NCBI GenBank assembly: GCA_023137195.1
Contig: JAGLPV010000029.1
Location: 1-18,237 of the forward strand
Reading direction: 5' to 3'
DNA from: Candidatus Aenigmatarchaeota archaeon
GTDB taxonomy: Archaea > EX4484-52
DNA: 18,237 bases
Shown: piece after piece, positions 1 through 8,985 of the stretch
Numbering within the stretch: the first letter of the stretch is position 1
How the letters are laid out: each line of letters begins with the position of its first letter
Made by a program: the position numbers and the translations under genes
Notes under the pieces: generated by a model
Database searches by the model: none
What the model was told of the DNA's origin: nothing
What the model saw: the letters and a program-made list of their open reading frames with translations, nothing else

Positions 1-30
1 TGATTGTTGGACAGCCTGTTAATCTGTGGA

Positions 31-633
31 TTAAATAACTTTCCTGTGGATTGACTCAAGAAAATACTTGTGGATTTTTGTATCTTCTGTGAGTTCCGGG
101 TGGAATGCGAGGGCGATTATGTTGTTCTTTTTTACTGCGACTATTTTATTGTTTGTTTTTGCCAGTATTTCAATAGTGGAATCGTTTATTTTTGTTATCG
201 CGGGGGCTCTTATGAAGACTGCATTTACCTTTCCGATTCCTTTTATTTCTAGTTCTTTTTCAAAGCTGTCTTTTTGGGTTCCGAAGGCATTCCTGTTTAC
301 TTCCATATTAAGTAATCCCAGTAATTTTCCTGTTTTTTTGCACTGCGTATCTCCTGTGTTGGATATTATTATCATTCCTGCGCATGTTGCCAGAATCGGG
401 ATGTTTTGTTTTGCAAGCTCTTTTATTTTTTCATCCATTCCTGTTTCTTTTAGAAGCTTGTTTATTGTGGTTGACTCTCCTCCCGGGATTATTATGCCCG
501 ATGCATTTTGAAGGTCTTGTTTTGATTTGGCAAGGACAATATTGCAATTGATATTTAATTCTGCTGTTGCTTTTTTTAGAATGTCGGCATGTTCTGTGAA
601 TGCGCCTTGTAGGGCGATTATTGCGATTTTCAT
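31..633 (-). CDS. pdxT: Pyridoxal 5'-phosphate synthase glutaminase subunit PdxT
   Basis: Motifs ALQGAF.EH, IIPGGEST, TCAG (catalytic Cys), RNAFG.Q..SFE, FIRAP and FHPE (catalytic His/Glu); directly downstream of pdxS. Confidence 0.97.
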   Translation of the reverse strand: MKIAIIALQGAFTEHADILKKATAELNINCNIVLAKSKQDLQNASGIIIPGGESTTINKLLKETGMDEKIKELAKQNIPILATCAGMIIISNTGDTQCKKTGKLLGLLNMEVNRNAFGTQKDSFEKELEIKGIGKVNAVFIRAPAITKINDSTIEILAKTNNKIVAVKKNNIIALAFHPELTEDTKIHKYFLESIHRKVI

Positions 634-671
634 GTTTTGATTTTAATTAAAAAAGAAAAAAAGAGATTGGC

Positions 672-1565
672 TTATCTCTCCTGCAATCTTTCTTCTGGTT
701 TTAGTGTGGACATCTCTATGCCTCTCATTGGCTCTCCAAGGTCTTTTGAGATTTCTGCAAGAAGTTCGGGTTTATTGTAGTTTTTTACTGCTTCAACTAT
801 TGCTCTTGCTAGTTTTTTGGGATTGGATGATTTGAATATGCCTGAACCTACAAATACTCCGTCAACGCCCAATTGCATCATGAGGGCTGCGTCTGCTACT
901 GTTGCTATGCCGCCTGCTGCGAAATTTACTGTCGGCAATCTGCCAAGTTCTGCTACTTCTTTTACCAAGGATATGGGTACGCCGTACTCGTTTGCTTTTT
1001 TGGATAATTCTGCCGGGTCTTGTTTTAATCCGACCAATACTGCAATCTCGGCGTTTATGTTTCTTGTGTGTCTTACTGCCTCAACTACGTTTCCTGTTCC
1101 TGCTTCTCCTTTTGTCCGTATCATTGCTGCGCCCTCGTTTATTCTGCGCATTGCTTCGCCTAGGTTTCTGCATCCGCATACAAATGGTATCTTGAAATTT
1201 CCCTTGTATATGTGGTGGGCTTCATCTGCGGGGGTCAATACTTCGGATTCGTCTACCATGTCTACTCCTAGTGCCTGAAGAATCTGGGCTTCTACAAAGT
1301 GACCGATTCTTGCTTTTGCCATTACAGGGATTGTAACTGACTTAATGATTTCAGTGATTTTTTCGGGGGCGGACATCCTTGCTACTCCGCCGTGTGCTCT
1401 GATATCAGAAGGGACTCTTTCCAAAGCCATTACTGCTACTGCACCTGCCTCTTCTGCTATTTTTGCCTGTTCTGCATTTGTTACGTCCATTACTACGCCG
1501 GATTTTACCATCTTTGCGAATCCGCGCTTAAGTGTCTCTGTGCCTGTTTTACAATTTTCTGCCAT
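672..1565 (-). CDS. pdxS: Pyridoxal 5'-phosphate synthase lyase subunit PdxS
   Basis: [76 protein letters not shown]. Confidence 0.98.
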   Translation of the reverse strand: MAENCKTGTETLKRGFAKMVKSGVVMDVTNAEQAKIAEEAGAVAVMALERVPSDIRAHGGVARMSAPEKITEIIKSVTIPVMAKARIGHFVEAQILQALGVDMVDESEVLTPADEAHHIYKGNFKIPFVCGCRNLGEAMRRINEGAAMIRTKGEAGTGNVVEAVRHTRNINAEIAVLVGLKQDPAELSKKANEYGVPISLVKEVAELGRLPTVNFAAGGIATVADAALMMQLGVDGVFVGSGIFKSSNPKKLARAIVEAVKNYNKPELLAEISKDLGEPMRGIEMSTLKPEERLQER

Positions 1566-1588
1566 AATAATTACCTGTTTTTCTTCTG

Positions 1589-1628
1589 TCTTTTCGGTCG
1601 GATTTATTTTTGCAACTGACCAAAAAGA
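1589..1628 (-). promoter_or_regulatory. Stem-loop in the probable 5' leader of pdxS
   Basis: On the minus strand UCUUUUUGGUCAG pairs with CCGACCGAAAAGA over 13 positions (one G-U, one A-C mismatch, 14-nt loop). It lies between a TATA-like TATAAAA (1663-1657, minus) and the AGGTAA ribosome-binding-like motif (1576-1571). Confidence 0.45.
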
Positions 1629-1713
1629 TTCATTAATAGCATGAAATAGAATATTCTTTTATATTTTTGCTTTTATTCTTTCTTGCTTTGTTGATGTCAA
1701 CTGCACAGGAATG

Positions 1714-1721
1714 TTTTTAAA
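1714..1721 (+). promoter_or_regulatory. Putative archaeal TATA box for the tyrS transcript
   Basis: TTTTTAAA about 20-25 nt upstream of GGGCGC (1740), just ahead of the structured leader. Positional inference only. Confidence 0.4.
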
Positions 1722-1762
1722 TGTAAAATTATTATAATAGGGCGCTGGCAAAAAAAGCATTG

Positions 1763-1842
1763 AACGATAAAACTCCTGCATAACATTTGAATCTCGCAGG
1801 GGTTTTGTTGTTGTGCGTAAAGTTATTTGGCTTTATGCACAA
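1763..1842 (+). ncRNA. Structured RNA element (two adjacent long hairpins) upstream of tyrS; family unknown
   Basis: 1763-1779 pairs with 1796-1812 (17 bp, 3 G-U). 1811-1824 pairs with 1829-1842 (14 bp, 3 G-U). Every non-Watson-Crick position is a G-U wobble on the + strand. Confidence 0.6.
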
Positions 1843-1864
1843 AAAATAATAATGGTGTGCTTAT

Positions 1865-2938
1865 ATGGATTTGAAAAAGAGATTAGATTTGGTAAAACAA
1901 GTTGGAGAAGAAATAGTTACAGAAAAAGAACTGGAAGAATTGCTTAATTCTAAAAAGAAAATTATTGCTTATGATGGTTTTGAACCTTCAGGGAATATTC
2001 ATATTGCACAGGGACTTTTGAAGGCAATAAATATCAGAAAATTTCTTGATGCAGGAATCTCTTTTAAAATGCTTGTTGCTGACTGGCACGCCTGGCTGAA
2101 CAATAAGATGGGCGGGGACATGGCAAAAATAAAAAAAACAGGAGACTATTTTGTTGAGGTGTGGAAATCATGCGGTCTTGATACAGATAAAATTTCCTTT
2201 GTCTGGGCAGATGATATGGTTAAAAACAAGGATTACTGGGAAAGGGTCTTGAGTATTGCCCGATGTTCAACAATCAAGAGAACGCTTCGTTGTTCCCAGA
2301 TAATGGGCAGGAGTGAGAGTATGGATCTTTCTACTGCACAGATGTTTTATCCATGTATGCAGGCGGCAGATATATTTTATCTTAATGCAGATATTGCACA
2401 GCTAGGGATGGATCAACGTAAAGTAAATATGCTTGCACGCGAGGTTGCACCTAAACTGGGACTAAAACCACCTATTGCTGTTCATCATCATATGCTTGCT
2501 GGTTTGTTGCCTCCAAAAAAGGAAGGAGAAAATATCTCTGCAATCGATAAAAAAATAAACCAAAAAATGAGCAAATCCAATCCTATGAGTGCTGTGTTTA
2601 TGACTGATGATGAAAACGCAATCAGGAAGAAAATAGCAAAGGCATATTGTCCGCTCAAGCAGGTGGATGACAATCCTATATTAGAATACTTAAAATATAT
2701 TATCTTTGAAAAGGAAAAGACATTTAGGATTGAAAGACCTCAAAAATACGGGGGGCTTCTTGAATTTGAAAATTACGAGAGTGTAGAAAAAGATTATCTT
2801 GAAGGAAATCTTCATCCTGCTGATTTAAAGCAGGGTGTTGCCGACTCATTGAACAAGCTGTTGGAGCCGACAAGAAAGTATTTTGAGCAAAATACAAAGG
2901 CAAAAAAATTGAAGGAAGAAGTTACTAAAAACATGTAA
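1865..2938 (+). CDS. tyrS: Tyrosine--tRNA ligase, archaeal/eukaryal short type
   Basis: YDGFEPSG, HIGH-like HIAQ, YPCMQAADI, QLGMDQRK, KMSKS, AYCP, LHPADLK. Confidence 0.97.
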   Translation: MDLKKRLDLVKQVGEEIVTEKELEELLNSKKKIIAYDGFEPSGNIHIAQGLLKAINIRKFLDAGISFKMLVADWHAWLNNKMGGDMAKIKKTGDYFVEVWKSCGLDTDKISFVWADDMVKNKDYWERVLSIARCSTIKRTLRCSQIMGRSESMDLSTAQMFYPCMQAADIFYLNADIAQLGMDQRKVNMLAREVAPKLGLKPPIAVHHHMLAGLLPPKKEGENISAIDKKINQKMSKSNPMSAVFMTDDENAIRKKIAKAYCPLKQVDDNPILEYLKYIIFEKEKTFRIERPQKYGGLLEFENYESVEKDYLEGNLHPADLKQGVADSLNKLLEPTRKYFEQNTKAKKLKEEVTKNM

Positions 2939-2940
2939 AT

Positions 2941-4719
2941 ATGGCAAGAAGAAAAGTCAGGTTCCATGACGTGATACGTGTCGTTGACAAAAAGACATCT
3001 GGTTTTGGCGGAGGAGAAGGAGGTACAAACAACCGCATTATTTCAAACCTTGAGGAGACCGAAGAGCAAAAGCTTCAGGCAAGGGAAAATAAAGAAAAAA
3101 AGGAAAAAATATTATTGTCTACAAAAAACACAGCTGTGGAAAATCTTCTTGATGCTCATGCGTTTTTATCTACGGATGAGATGAAAAAATATAATAAACA
3201 AATCAAGAGTGCTAGCTCTGTGGGAGAAATCAACCAGGTAAAAAAGCAAATGCTGGAAGAGAAAATAAAATTCATGGACCTTGGGAAAAAGATGGAAGGT
3301 GTCAGGGGAAAGCTAAATGAAAAGAAATCAGAACTGCACGAGGACTACTCAAATGATGTTAATCGTATAATGAATAATGTCAATACAGATATTTATAGCA
3401 GTATTTTCTATTTTGAATTTCTTTCGAATCAAAGATATCCTTTGAAAGATCCGAGGGATGAAATAACGCCGATTTTATTTCCCAGGGAGTATATATTTAG
3501 CTTAGCATTAACATATCAGGAATATTTAAAAGAGGGTAAAGTTAAAGAAGAACTAAAAAAAGCATTTGAAAATAATAATATATTATTAAACGAAGCGATT
3601 ATTTCAAAAATAAATAAAGATTGGATAATTGGAGATGGATATAAAAAATATTTGATAAAAGAAGTAGCGGAACGGAGGCTAGATATCTACTCCGGCACCA
3701 GGGAAATGACTGTTCAGGATGTATTGACTTTTGATGGGGTTGTCAAGGCAAATCGATCCTATCAATATTTTTGTGAACTAAAAAACGAGGGTGCTTCTTC
3801 CGGATGGATAGAGGCAAAAATAATAAAATCCTATGATGGAGGAACTGGAGAGAAAGGAGAAATGATGATTCATATCAGAGGAGAACAGCCAGGAGAAAAT
3901 CATGTGAAGAATGCAATAGATATTATTACTCCTGCAGAACTTCATGAATATGGTTATGTTTATCTTGATAAAATTACCCGCCACAAGAAGCATTTTACTC
4001 TAAAGAATTCGCAAAACAAAAAAATGGAGTTTACCGACAGCCAGGGAAATAAAAAAGAAATGAGTGTACACGAAGCTCGCAACAGCAAGGACAGGCGGTT
4101 GAGAGAACAGGGAGAAATGGCATACCAGACTCTTGAAAATGAAAGCAGGGATGAGTTGCACTCTGTTCGTGAAGCCACAAACAAGATGCAGGATACGAGG
4201 AGAGATTACTATAATCAATATCATGATGCTGCAAACAAGGTATTGAAAAAGGAGTTCAGTTCAGATAAACTCCAAAAAAGCAAGGAACATCTTAAAAAGC
4301 ATGGAATAACTAACACAGAGCAATTTGATCCTTCTAACAAAGAGATTAATAAATACAGCAAGAAATATAAAAAGGAAGCTTTGATTGGAGAGATTATTGA
4401 AGAAGCCAACTGGTTTATTGTGAATTATGAAACACTATATGAGCATCTGGCGGATGTGGAATATGGTACTGTTGATAAGGCAAAAAAAAGAGCCGGTGCT
4501 GCTGTAACTAGTGGGAAAAAAATGATGGGAGCTGCCGAAGAAAAAACAAAGAAGACGTTTTCTTCATTCAAGTCCAGAATTAAAAGAAAACCCACAGGAT
4601 CCAGTGAAATAGTAGTGGACGGAACAGAGAGTGAAGAAGGATGGGATGACGTGACTGATACGACAGAAGGACCAGATGGTGTGTTTGTACCTAATAAAAA
4701 GGAAGAAGAAGAAGATTAA
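2941..4719 (+). CDS. Hypothetical 592-aa charged, probably coiled-coil-rich protein with acidic C-terminal tail
   Basis: Long uninterrupted ORF starting 2 nt after the tyrS stop. K/E-rich helical stretches, ends KKEEEED. No catalytic motif recognised. Confidence 0.85.
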   Translation: MARRKVRFHDVIRVVDKKTSGFGGGEGGTNNRIISNLEETEEQKLQARENKEKKEKILLSTKNTAVENLLDAHAFLSTDEMKKYNKQIKSASSVGEINQVKKQMLEEKIKFMDLGKKMEGVRGKLNEKKSELHEDYSNDVNRIMNNVNTDIYSSIFYFEFLSNQRYPLKDPRDEITPILFPREYIFSLALTYQEYLKEGKVKEELKKAFENNNILLNEAIISKINKDWIIGDGYKKYLIKEVAERRLDIYSGTREMTVQDVLTFDGVVKANRSYQYFCELKNEGASSGWIEAKIIKSYDGGTGEKGEMMIHIRGEQPGENHVKNAIDIITPAELHEYGYVYLDKITRHKKHFTLKNSQNKKMEFTDSQGNKKEMSVHEARNSKDRRLREQGEMAYQTLENESRDELHSVREATNKMQDTRRDYYNQYHDAANKVLKKEFSSDKLQKSKEHLKKHGITNTEQFDPSNKEINKYSKKYKKEALIGEIIEEANWFIVNYETLYEHLADVEYGTVDKAKKRAGAAVTSGKKMMGAAEEKTKKTFSSFKSRIKRKPTGSSEIVVDGTESEEGWDDVTDTTEGPDGVFVPNKKEEEED

Positions 4720-4732
4720 AACAAAAAGAAAT

Positions 4733-5998
4733 TTATTTTAACTCTTCAAATATCTCTTTTGCCCTGTCCATTGATATCTTTTTTTCTTCTATCATTTGAG
4801 CTACGATTTTATTGATTTGGTCTTCGTTCTTTGCTCCGACAGACATTGCAATGTTTCTGGCATGAAGTTTCATGTGTCCTTTTTGTATTCCGTCTGTTGC
4901 GATTGCCTTTAATGCTGCAAAGTTTTGGGCTAATCCCAAAGATGCAAATAATTCTGCCAGTTCGGTTGCTGTTTTTGCGCCTGTTATTTTTAGGTTTGCG
5001 CGTGCTATCGGGTGGACTCTTGTTGCTCCGCCGATTATTCCAAGAGCAAGAGGGAGTTCTATCGAAAGGCATAGATTGCCATCCTGGTCTTTTTCATATT
5101 TTGTTAGAGGGAGATATTTGCCTGTAATGCCTGCCCAGCTGTGCGCTCCTGCTTCTATTGCTCTTGTGTCGTTTCCACAGGCAAGGGTTGCGGCACTTAT
5201 GCCGTTCATTATTCCTTTGTTGTGGGTTGCCGCCCTGTAGGGATCGTTGAATGCGAATTCGTAGCCTGTCAAGATTCTGTCTATTGTGTCGCTTCCGAGC
5301 AGGTCTTTTTTTATTGTGGCTCTTGAGCGGACGATACGCTCTGTTGCAAGATTGGATATTATTCTGAAACCGACGGTTCCTTCTTTTAAGAGTCCTTTTA
5401 TTTTGCCGGAAACTGCCTCGCACATTGTGTTTACTGCATTTGCACCCATTGCATCACAGCAGTCTACAAGAAGGTGGACAACCAGTAATTCTCCAAAATT
5501 CTGGGTGGGGACTACTCTTATTTCGAGTTCCTTTGCTCCTCCTCCAAAACGCACAAGGATGTCCTGCTCGTTTGCATAATCAAGCAGGTCTTTTTTATTC
5601 TCCAGTATTATCTGCCTTGAATGAGCAATATTTTTTATTCCTGAAAACTGTATCTGTCCAATCATTACCGGTCTTGTGCTGTTTGTTACAAAACCGCCGC
5701 TTTCCCTTATTAGTTTTGCGCTGTTTGATGATGCGGCAATAACAGATGGCTCTTCTGTTACCATAGGAATAAGGTAATCTTTGTTGTTTACCAGAAAATT
5801 GCATGCAACGCCTACAGGAAGCTCGTAGGTACCGATTACATTTTCAATCATGTTGTTTGCGGTCTCTATTGGAAGAGAGCCTGTTTTGCTGATTGCTTCG
5901 GTTTCTTCTTTATTTAAATCCGCAAATTGGGCTATTTTTTTTAGGCGTTCTTCTACAGGTAATTTGTAGAATCCAGATAATTTGGATGTTCTTTCCAT
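4733..5998 (-). CDS. mvaA: Hydroxymethylglutaryl-CoA reductase, class II (bacterial/MvaA-type)
   Basis: ENVIG, TEEPSVIAA, DAMGAN, SNLA, RAATHNKGIMNG, GNDTRAIEAGAH, GLAQN.AAL and GIQKGHMKLH are class II signatures. Confidence 0.95.
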   Translation of the reverse strand: MERTSKLSGFYKLPVEERLKKIAQFADLNKEETEAISKTGSLPIETANNMIENVIGTYELPVGVACNFLVNNKDYLIPMVTEEPSVIAASSNSAKLIRESGGFVTNSTRPVMIGQIQFSGIKNIAHSRQIILENKKDLLDYANEQDILVRFGGGAKELEIRVVPTQNFGELLVVHLLVDCCDAMGANAVNTMCEAVSGKIKGLLKEGTVGFRIISNLATERIVRSRATIKKDLLGSDTIDRILTGYEFAFNDPYRAATHNKGIMNGISAATLACGNDTRAIEAGAHSWAGITGKYLPLTKYEKDQDGNLCLSIELPLALGIIGGATRVHPIARANLKITGAKTATELAELFASLGLAQNFAALKAIATDGIQKGHMKLHARNIAMSVGAKNEDQINKIVAQMIEEKKISMDRAKEIFEELK

Positions 5999-6018
5999 AC
6001 TCTTTTGTTTTACAAAAA

Positions 6019-6027
6019 TTATTTAAA
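6019..6027. promoter_or_regulatory. Putative shared TATA element of a divergent promoter
   Basis: The 49-bp intergenic region holds a central palindromic TTTAAA (6022-6027), 21-24 nt from both divergent ATGs (5998 minus, 6048 plus). Confidence 0.45.
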
Positions 6028-6047
6028 CCTTAACAACTTATATTTAC

Positions 6048-6326
6048 ATGGGACTGGAAATTACAATGATGTTTCTTTTGATTCTACTTGGTGTTTTGCT
6101 GTATGCTTATTTTAAGCGACCGTGGAAAAGAGGCTACTTGTATGTAAAAGATAACGGGAATATAATGAGAGGTCGGAGTTATGCTACAAAGAGAACTTCT
6201 TTTCGAAAAGGAGGGGAAGTCCATATCGGGGAAAATAAAGAGAATGTCCTGTCCGCAACAAACGAGGAAAAACCAGCCCCGTCCAAGTTTGATTTTTTGT
6301 TCGGCAAGAAAGATGATGAAAAGTAA
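6048..6326 (+). CDS. Small single-pass membrane protein, unknown function
   Basis: N-terminal hydrophobic helix (ITMMFLLILLGVLLYAYF) followed by basic KRPWKR. Fills the gap between the promoter and the ATPase, ending 5 nt before it. Confidence 0.75.
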   Translation: MGLEITMMFLLILLGVLLYAYFKRPWKRGYLYVKDNGNIMRGRSYATKRTSFRKGGEVHIGENKENVLSATNEEKPAPSKFDFLFGKKDDEK

Positions 6327-6331
6327 TTTCT

Positions 6332-8971
6332 ATGAAAACCAAAACACCTGATGAATTCCTGAAGCAGTTTTCGACTTCCAAAGATGGTCTGAATGAAAAG
6401 GAAGCTCAAAGAAGACTTGAACACTACGGGCATAATGAATTAAAACGGGCTAAAAAGGCAGGTGTGTTTTCTATATTTTTAAGCCAGTTTAAGAATGCGC
6501 TTATCATTCTTTTGATTTTTGCATGTATTTTATCCTTGTTTCTCGGTGAGAAATTAGAGTCATTTGCAATGTTTTTTATTATTCTTTTGACTGCTGTGAT
6601 GGGTTTTGTGCAGGAATACCGTGCTGAAAAGGCAATAGAAGCGCTGAAAAAACAAACGGCTCCTATGGCATTGGTTTATCGCGATGGGGTTGCCCGGAAA
6701 ATACTTGCCAAGGATATTGTTGTGGGAGATATTATTAGTCTGGAAGCGGGAGATGTCGTCTGTGCGGACTGTAAATTAATAGAGGCATATTATATCCAGG
6801 CAGATGAATCTTCACTTACAGGGGAATCTGTCCCGAACAAAAAATCAATTGATTTTTCTTCTTCTAAAAAGGAGAGCATGGCTTTTATGAGCACTATTGT
6901 GACTGCGGGCAAGGCAACTGCTGTCGTTATTGCAACGGGAATGAAAACACAGATTGGACAGATTGCAGATGTCATACAGGCTACTAAAGAGACACAAACT
7001 CCACTACAGATAAAATTTGATCAAATGGCAAAACAGATAGGTGGTATTGTTGTTGTCCTTATTGTAATGATTTCTGTTTTAAGCTATTTGCAGGGCAATA
7101 CTTTTGAAGCTATTGTTATGTTTGCCCTGACTTTGACTGTCGCGGCTGTCCCGAATTCCCTTCCTGTTGTTGTGACTGTTGGTTTATCTATCGGTGCTAA
7201 ACAGCTTGCAAAGAAAAATATGCTTATCAAAAAGTTGACTGCTGCTGAAAGCCTTGGCGCAACTACATTTATCTGCTCTGACAAGACAGGCACTCTTACC
7301 AGAAACCAGATGACTGTCACAGATATTTATATGGGTGGCAGGACTGTGGAAGTAGAAGGGAGAGGATATGAGCCGAAAGGAGAGTTTTATTTAAACGGCA
7401 AAACTGCCTTCCCTGATGATTTGGAATTATTATTGAGAATAGGGTATCTGTGCAATAATGCAAAATTGACTCGAAATGACGGAAAATATGGAATTATAGG
7501 AGATCCTACAGAAGGATCTTTGATTGTTCTGGGTCAAAAGGGTGGATTGGAAGAGAAAGTAATAAAGAATGATTTTAGTTTTATAGAAGAATTGCCATTT
7601 GATTCTGACAGGAAAAGGATGTCTGTGATATATGAAAACACAAAGAATGGTAAAAAAGAAGCTTATGTCAAGGGAGCTCCGGATTTGCTGATAGATTTGT
7701 GTGATACTATTTTATGCAAGGATGGGAAAATAAGGAAAATCACAAAGAAGGATAAGGAAGAGATAATAAATGCAAACGAGGATTTTGCAAAAAAGGCCCT
7801 GCGGGTGCTGGGTTTTGCATACAGGTCTGTTGACGGGTCTGATTATGCGACAGATATAATTGAAAAAGACCTGTGTTTTGTTGGTCTTGCAGGGATGATT
7901 GATCCTCCGCGGAAGGGTGTCAGGAAGTCGATTGAGCAATGCAGGACGGCAGGGATAAACGTGATGATCATTACTGGCGACCATCCTGCAACTGCCAGAG
8001 CAATAGCAGAGGAGATTGGTCTGTTTGAGGAAGGAAATATTATGATAACTGGCGATGATCTGGAAAAAATGACAGATGCTGAGCTGAATGTAAAAATAGA
8101 AAATATAAGGATTATCGCAAGGTCGCAGGCAATACAGAAGATGCGCATAGTTAGTATGCTACAGGAAAAAGGGCATATTGTTGCTATGACAGGTGATGGA
8201 GTAAATGATGCGCCTGCACTTAAAAAAGCAGATATTGGGGTTGCTATGGGTATTACCGGAACTGAGGTTTCCAAGGAGGTTTCTAAGGCAATACTTGTGG
8301 ATGATAATTTTTCAACGATTGTGAATGCGGTTGGGGAAGGAAGGAATATTTATGACAAGATGATAAAATCAGTCAGGTATCTTCTTTCATGCAATGCAGG
8401 GGAAATAATGACTATGCTTATTGCTATTTTGCTTAAGTTTCCTCTGCCCCTGATTCCTTTGCAGATTCTGCTTATGAACCTGCTGACGGATGATTTCCCT
8501 GCTCTTGGTCTTGGGATGGAGAAAGCAGATGATGATATAATGGAGCGCGAGCCACGGAATCCTAAAGAAAAGCCGATAACAAACCATATGCTCGGTCTTA
8601 TTGTTTTGTTCGGTATAATCATGGGGATAGGAACTATATTTTTGTATTCGCTCTATGTGGATGAGGATATAAACAAGGCGCGCACTGTGGCATTTACTAC
8701 ACTGGTTGCATTTGAGATGTTTGCTGTCTTGTCAACGCGTTCGCTGAAGCCGTCACTGAAAAAATTAAATCCTTTTTCAAACAAGTATTTGTTTGGAGCA
8801 ATCTGTTTATCTTTATTTATACAAGTGGTGATTATCTATGTTCCGTTTATGCAACTGATATTTGAGACTGTTGCTCTCTCAATGATTGATTGGCTGAGAA
8901 TTATTGCTGTTTCGAGCATCGGACTGGTTGTCATGGAAGGGAGTAAGTATGTATTCGGAGAGAGGGACTAA
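6332..8971 (+). CDS. Cation-transporting P-type ATPase, P2A (SERCA/PacL-like) architecture with atypical TM4 motif
   Basis: LTGES, ICSDKTGTLT, GDPTE, PFDSDRKRMS, KGAPD, DPPR, ITGDH, MTGDGVNDAPALKKADIG. TM5 SCNAGE, TM6 NLLTD. Confidence 0.95.
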   Translation: MKTKTPDEFLKQFSTSKDGLNEKEAQRRLEHYGHNELKRAKKAGVFSIFLSQFKNALIILLIFACILSLFLGEKLESFAMFFIILLTAVMGFVQEYRAEKAIEALKKQTAPMALVYRDGVARKILAKDIVVGDIISLEAGDVVCADCKLIEAYYIQADESSLTGESVPNKKSIDFSSSKKESMAFMSTIVTAGKATAVVIATGMKTQIGQIADVIQATKETQTPLQIKFDQMAKQIGGIVVVLIVMISVLSYLQGNTFEAIVMFALTLTVAAVPNSLPVVVTVGLSIGAKQLAKKNMLIKKLTAAESLGATTFICSDKTGTLTRNQMTVTDIYMGGRTVEVEGRGYEPKGEFYLNGKTAFPDDLELLLRIGYLCNNAKLTRNDGKYGIIGDPTEGSLIVLGQKGGLEEKVIKNDFSFIEELPFDSDRKRMSVIYENTKNGKKEAYVKGAPDLLIDLCDTILCKDGKIRKITKKDKEEIINANEDFAKKALRVLGFAYRSVDGSDYATDIIEKDLCFVGLAGMIDPPRKGVRKSIEQCRTAGINVMIITGDHPATARAIAEEIGLFEEGNIMITGDDLEKMTDAELNVKIENIRIIARSQAIQKMRIVSMLQEKGHIVAMTGDGVNDAPALKKADIGVAMGITGTEVSKEVSKAILVDDNFSTIVNAVGEGRNIYDKMIKSVRYLLSCNAGEIMTMLIAILLKFPLPLIPLQILLMNLLTDDFPALGLGMEKADDDIMEREPRNPKEKPITNHMLGLIVLFGIIMGIGTIFLYSLYVDEDINKARTVAFTTLVAFEMFAVLSTRSLKPSLKKLNPFSNKYLFGAICLSLFIQVVIIYVPFMQLIFETVALSMIDWLRIIAVSSIGLVVMEGSKYVFGERD

Positions 8972-8985
8972 GAAAGGGAGTGGAT

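Noticed and set aside
634-671. Oligo-T tract on the minus strand between pdxS and pdxT as an internal terminator
   Set aside because: Plausible but indistinguishable from background A/T runs in this genome without transcript data.
660-680. PdxS ends at LQER rather than the common ...QERGW; possible stop readthrough or recoding
   Set aside because: The stop is TAA and the following codons read A-N-L-F, not W, so this is a simple C-terminal shortening.
1740-1862. Could be 5S rRNA, tRNA or a T-box (similar length, Y-shape, loop CATTTGAATC)
   Set aside because: No convincing 5S terminal helix or internal loops, no cloverleaf, and no T-box UGGNACC motif. Kept only as an unknown structured RNA pending cmscan.
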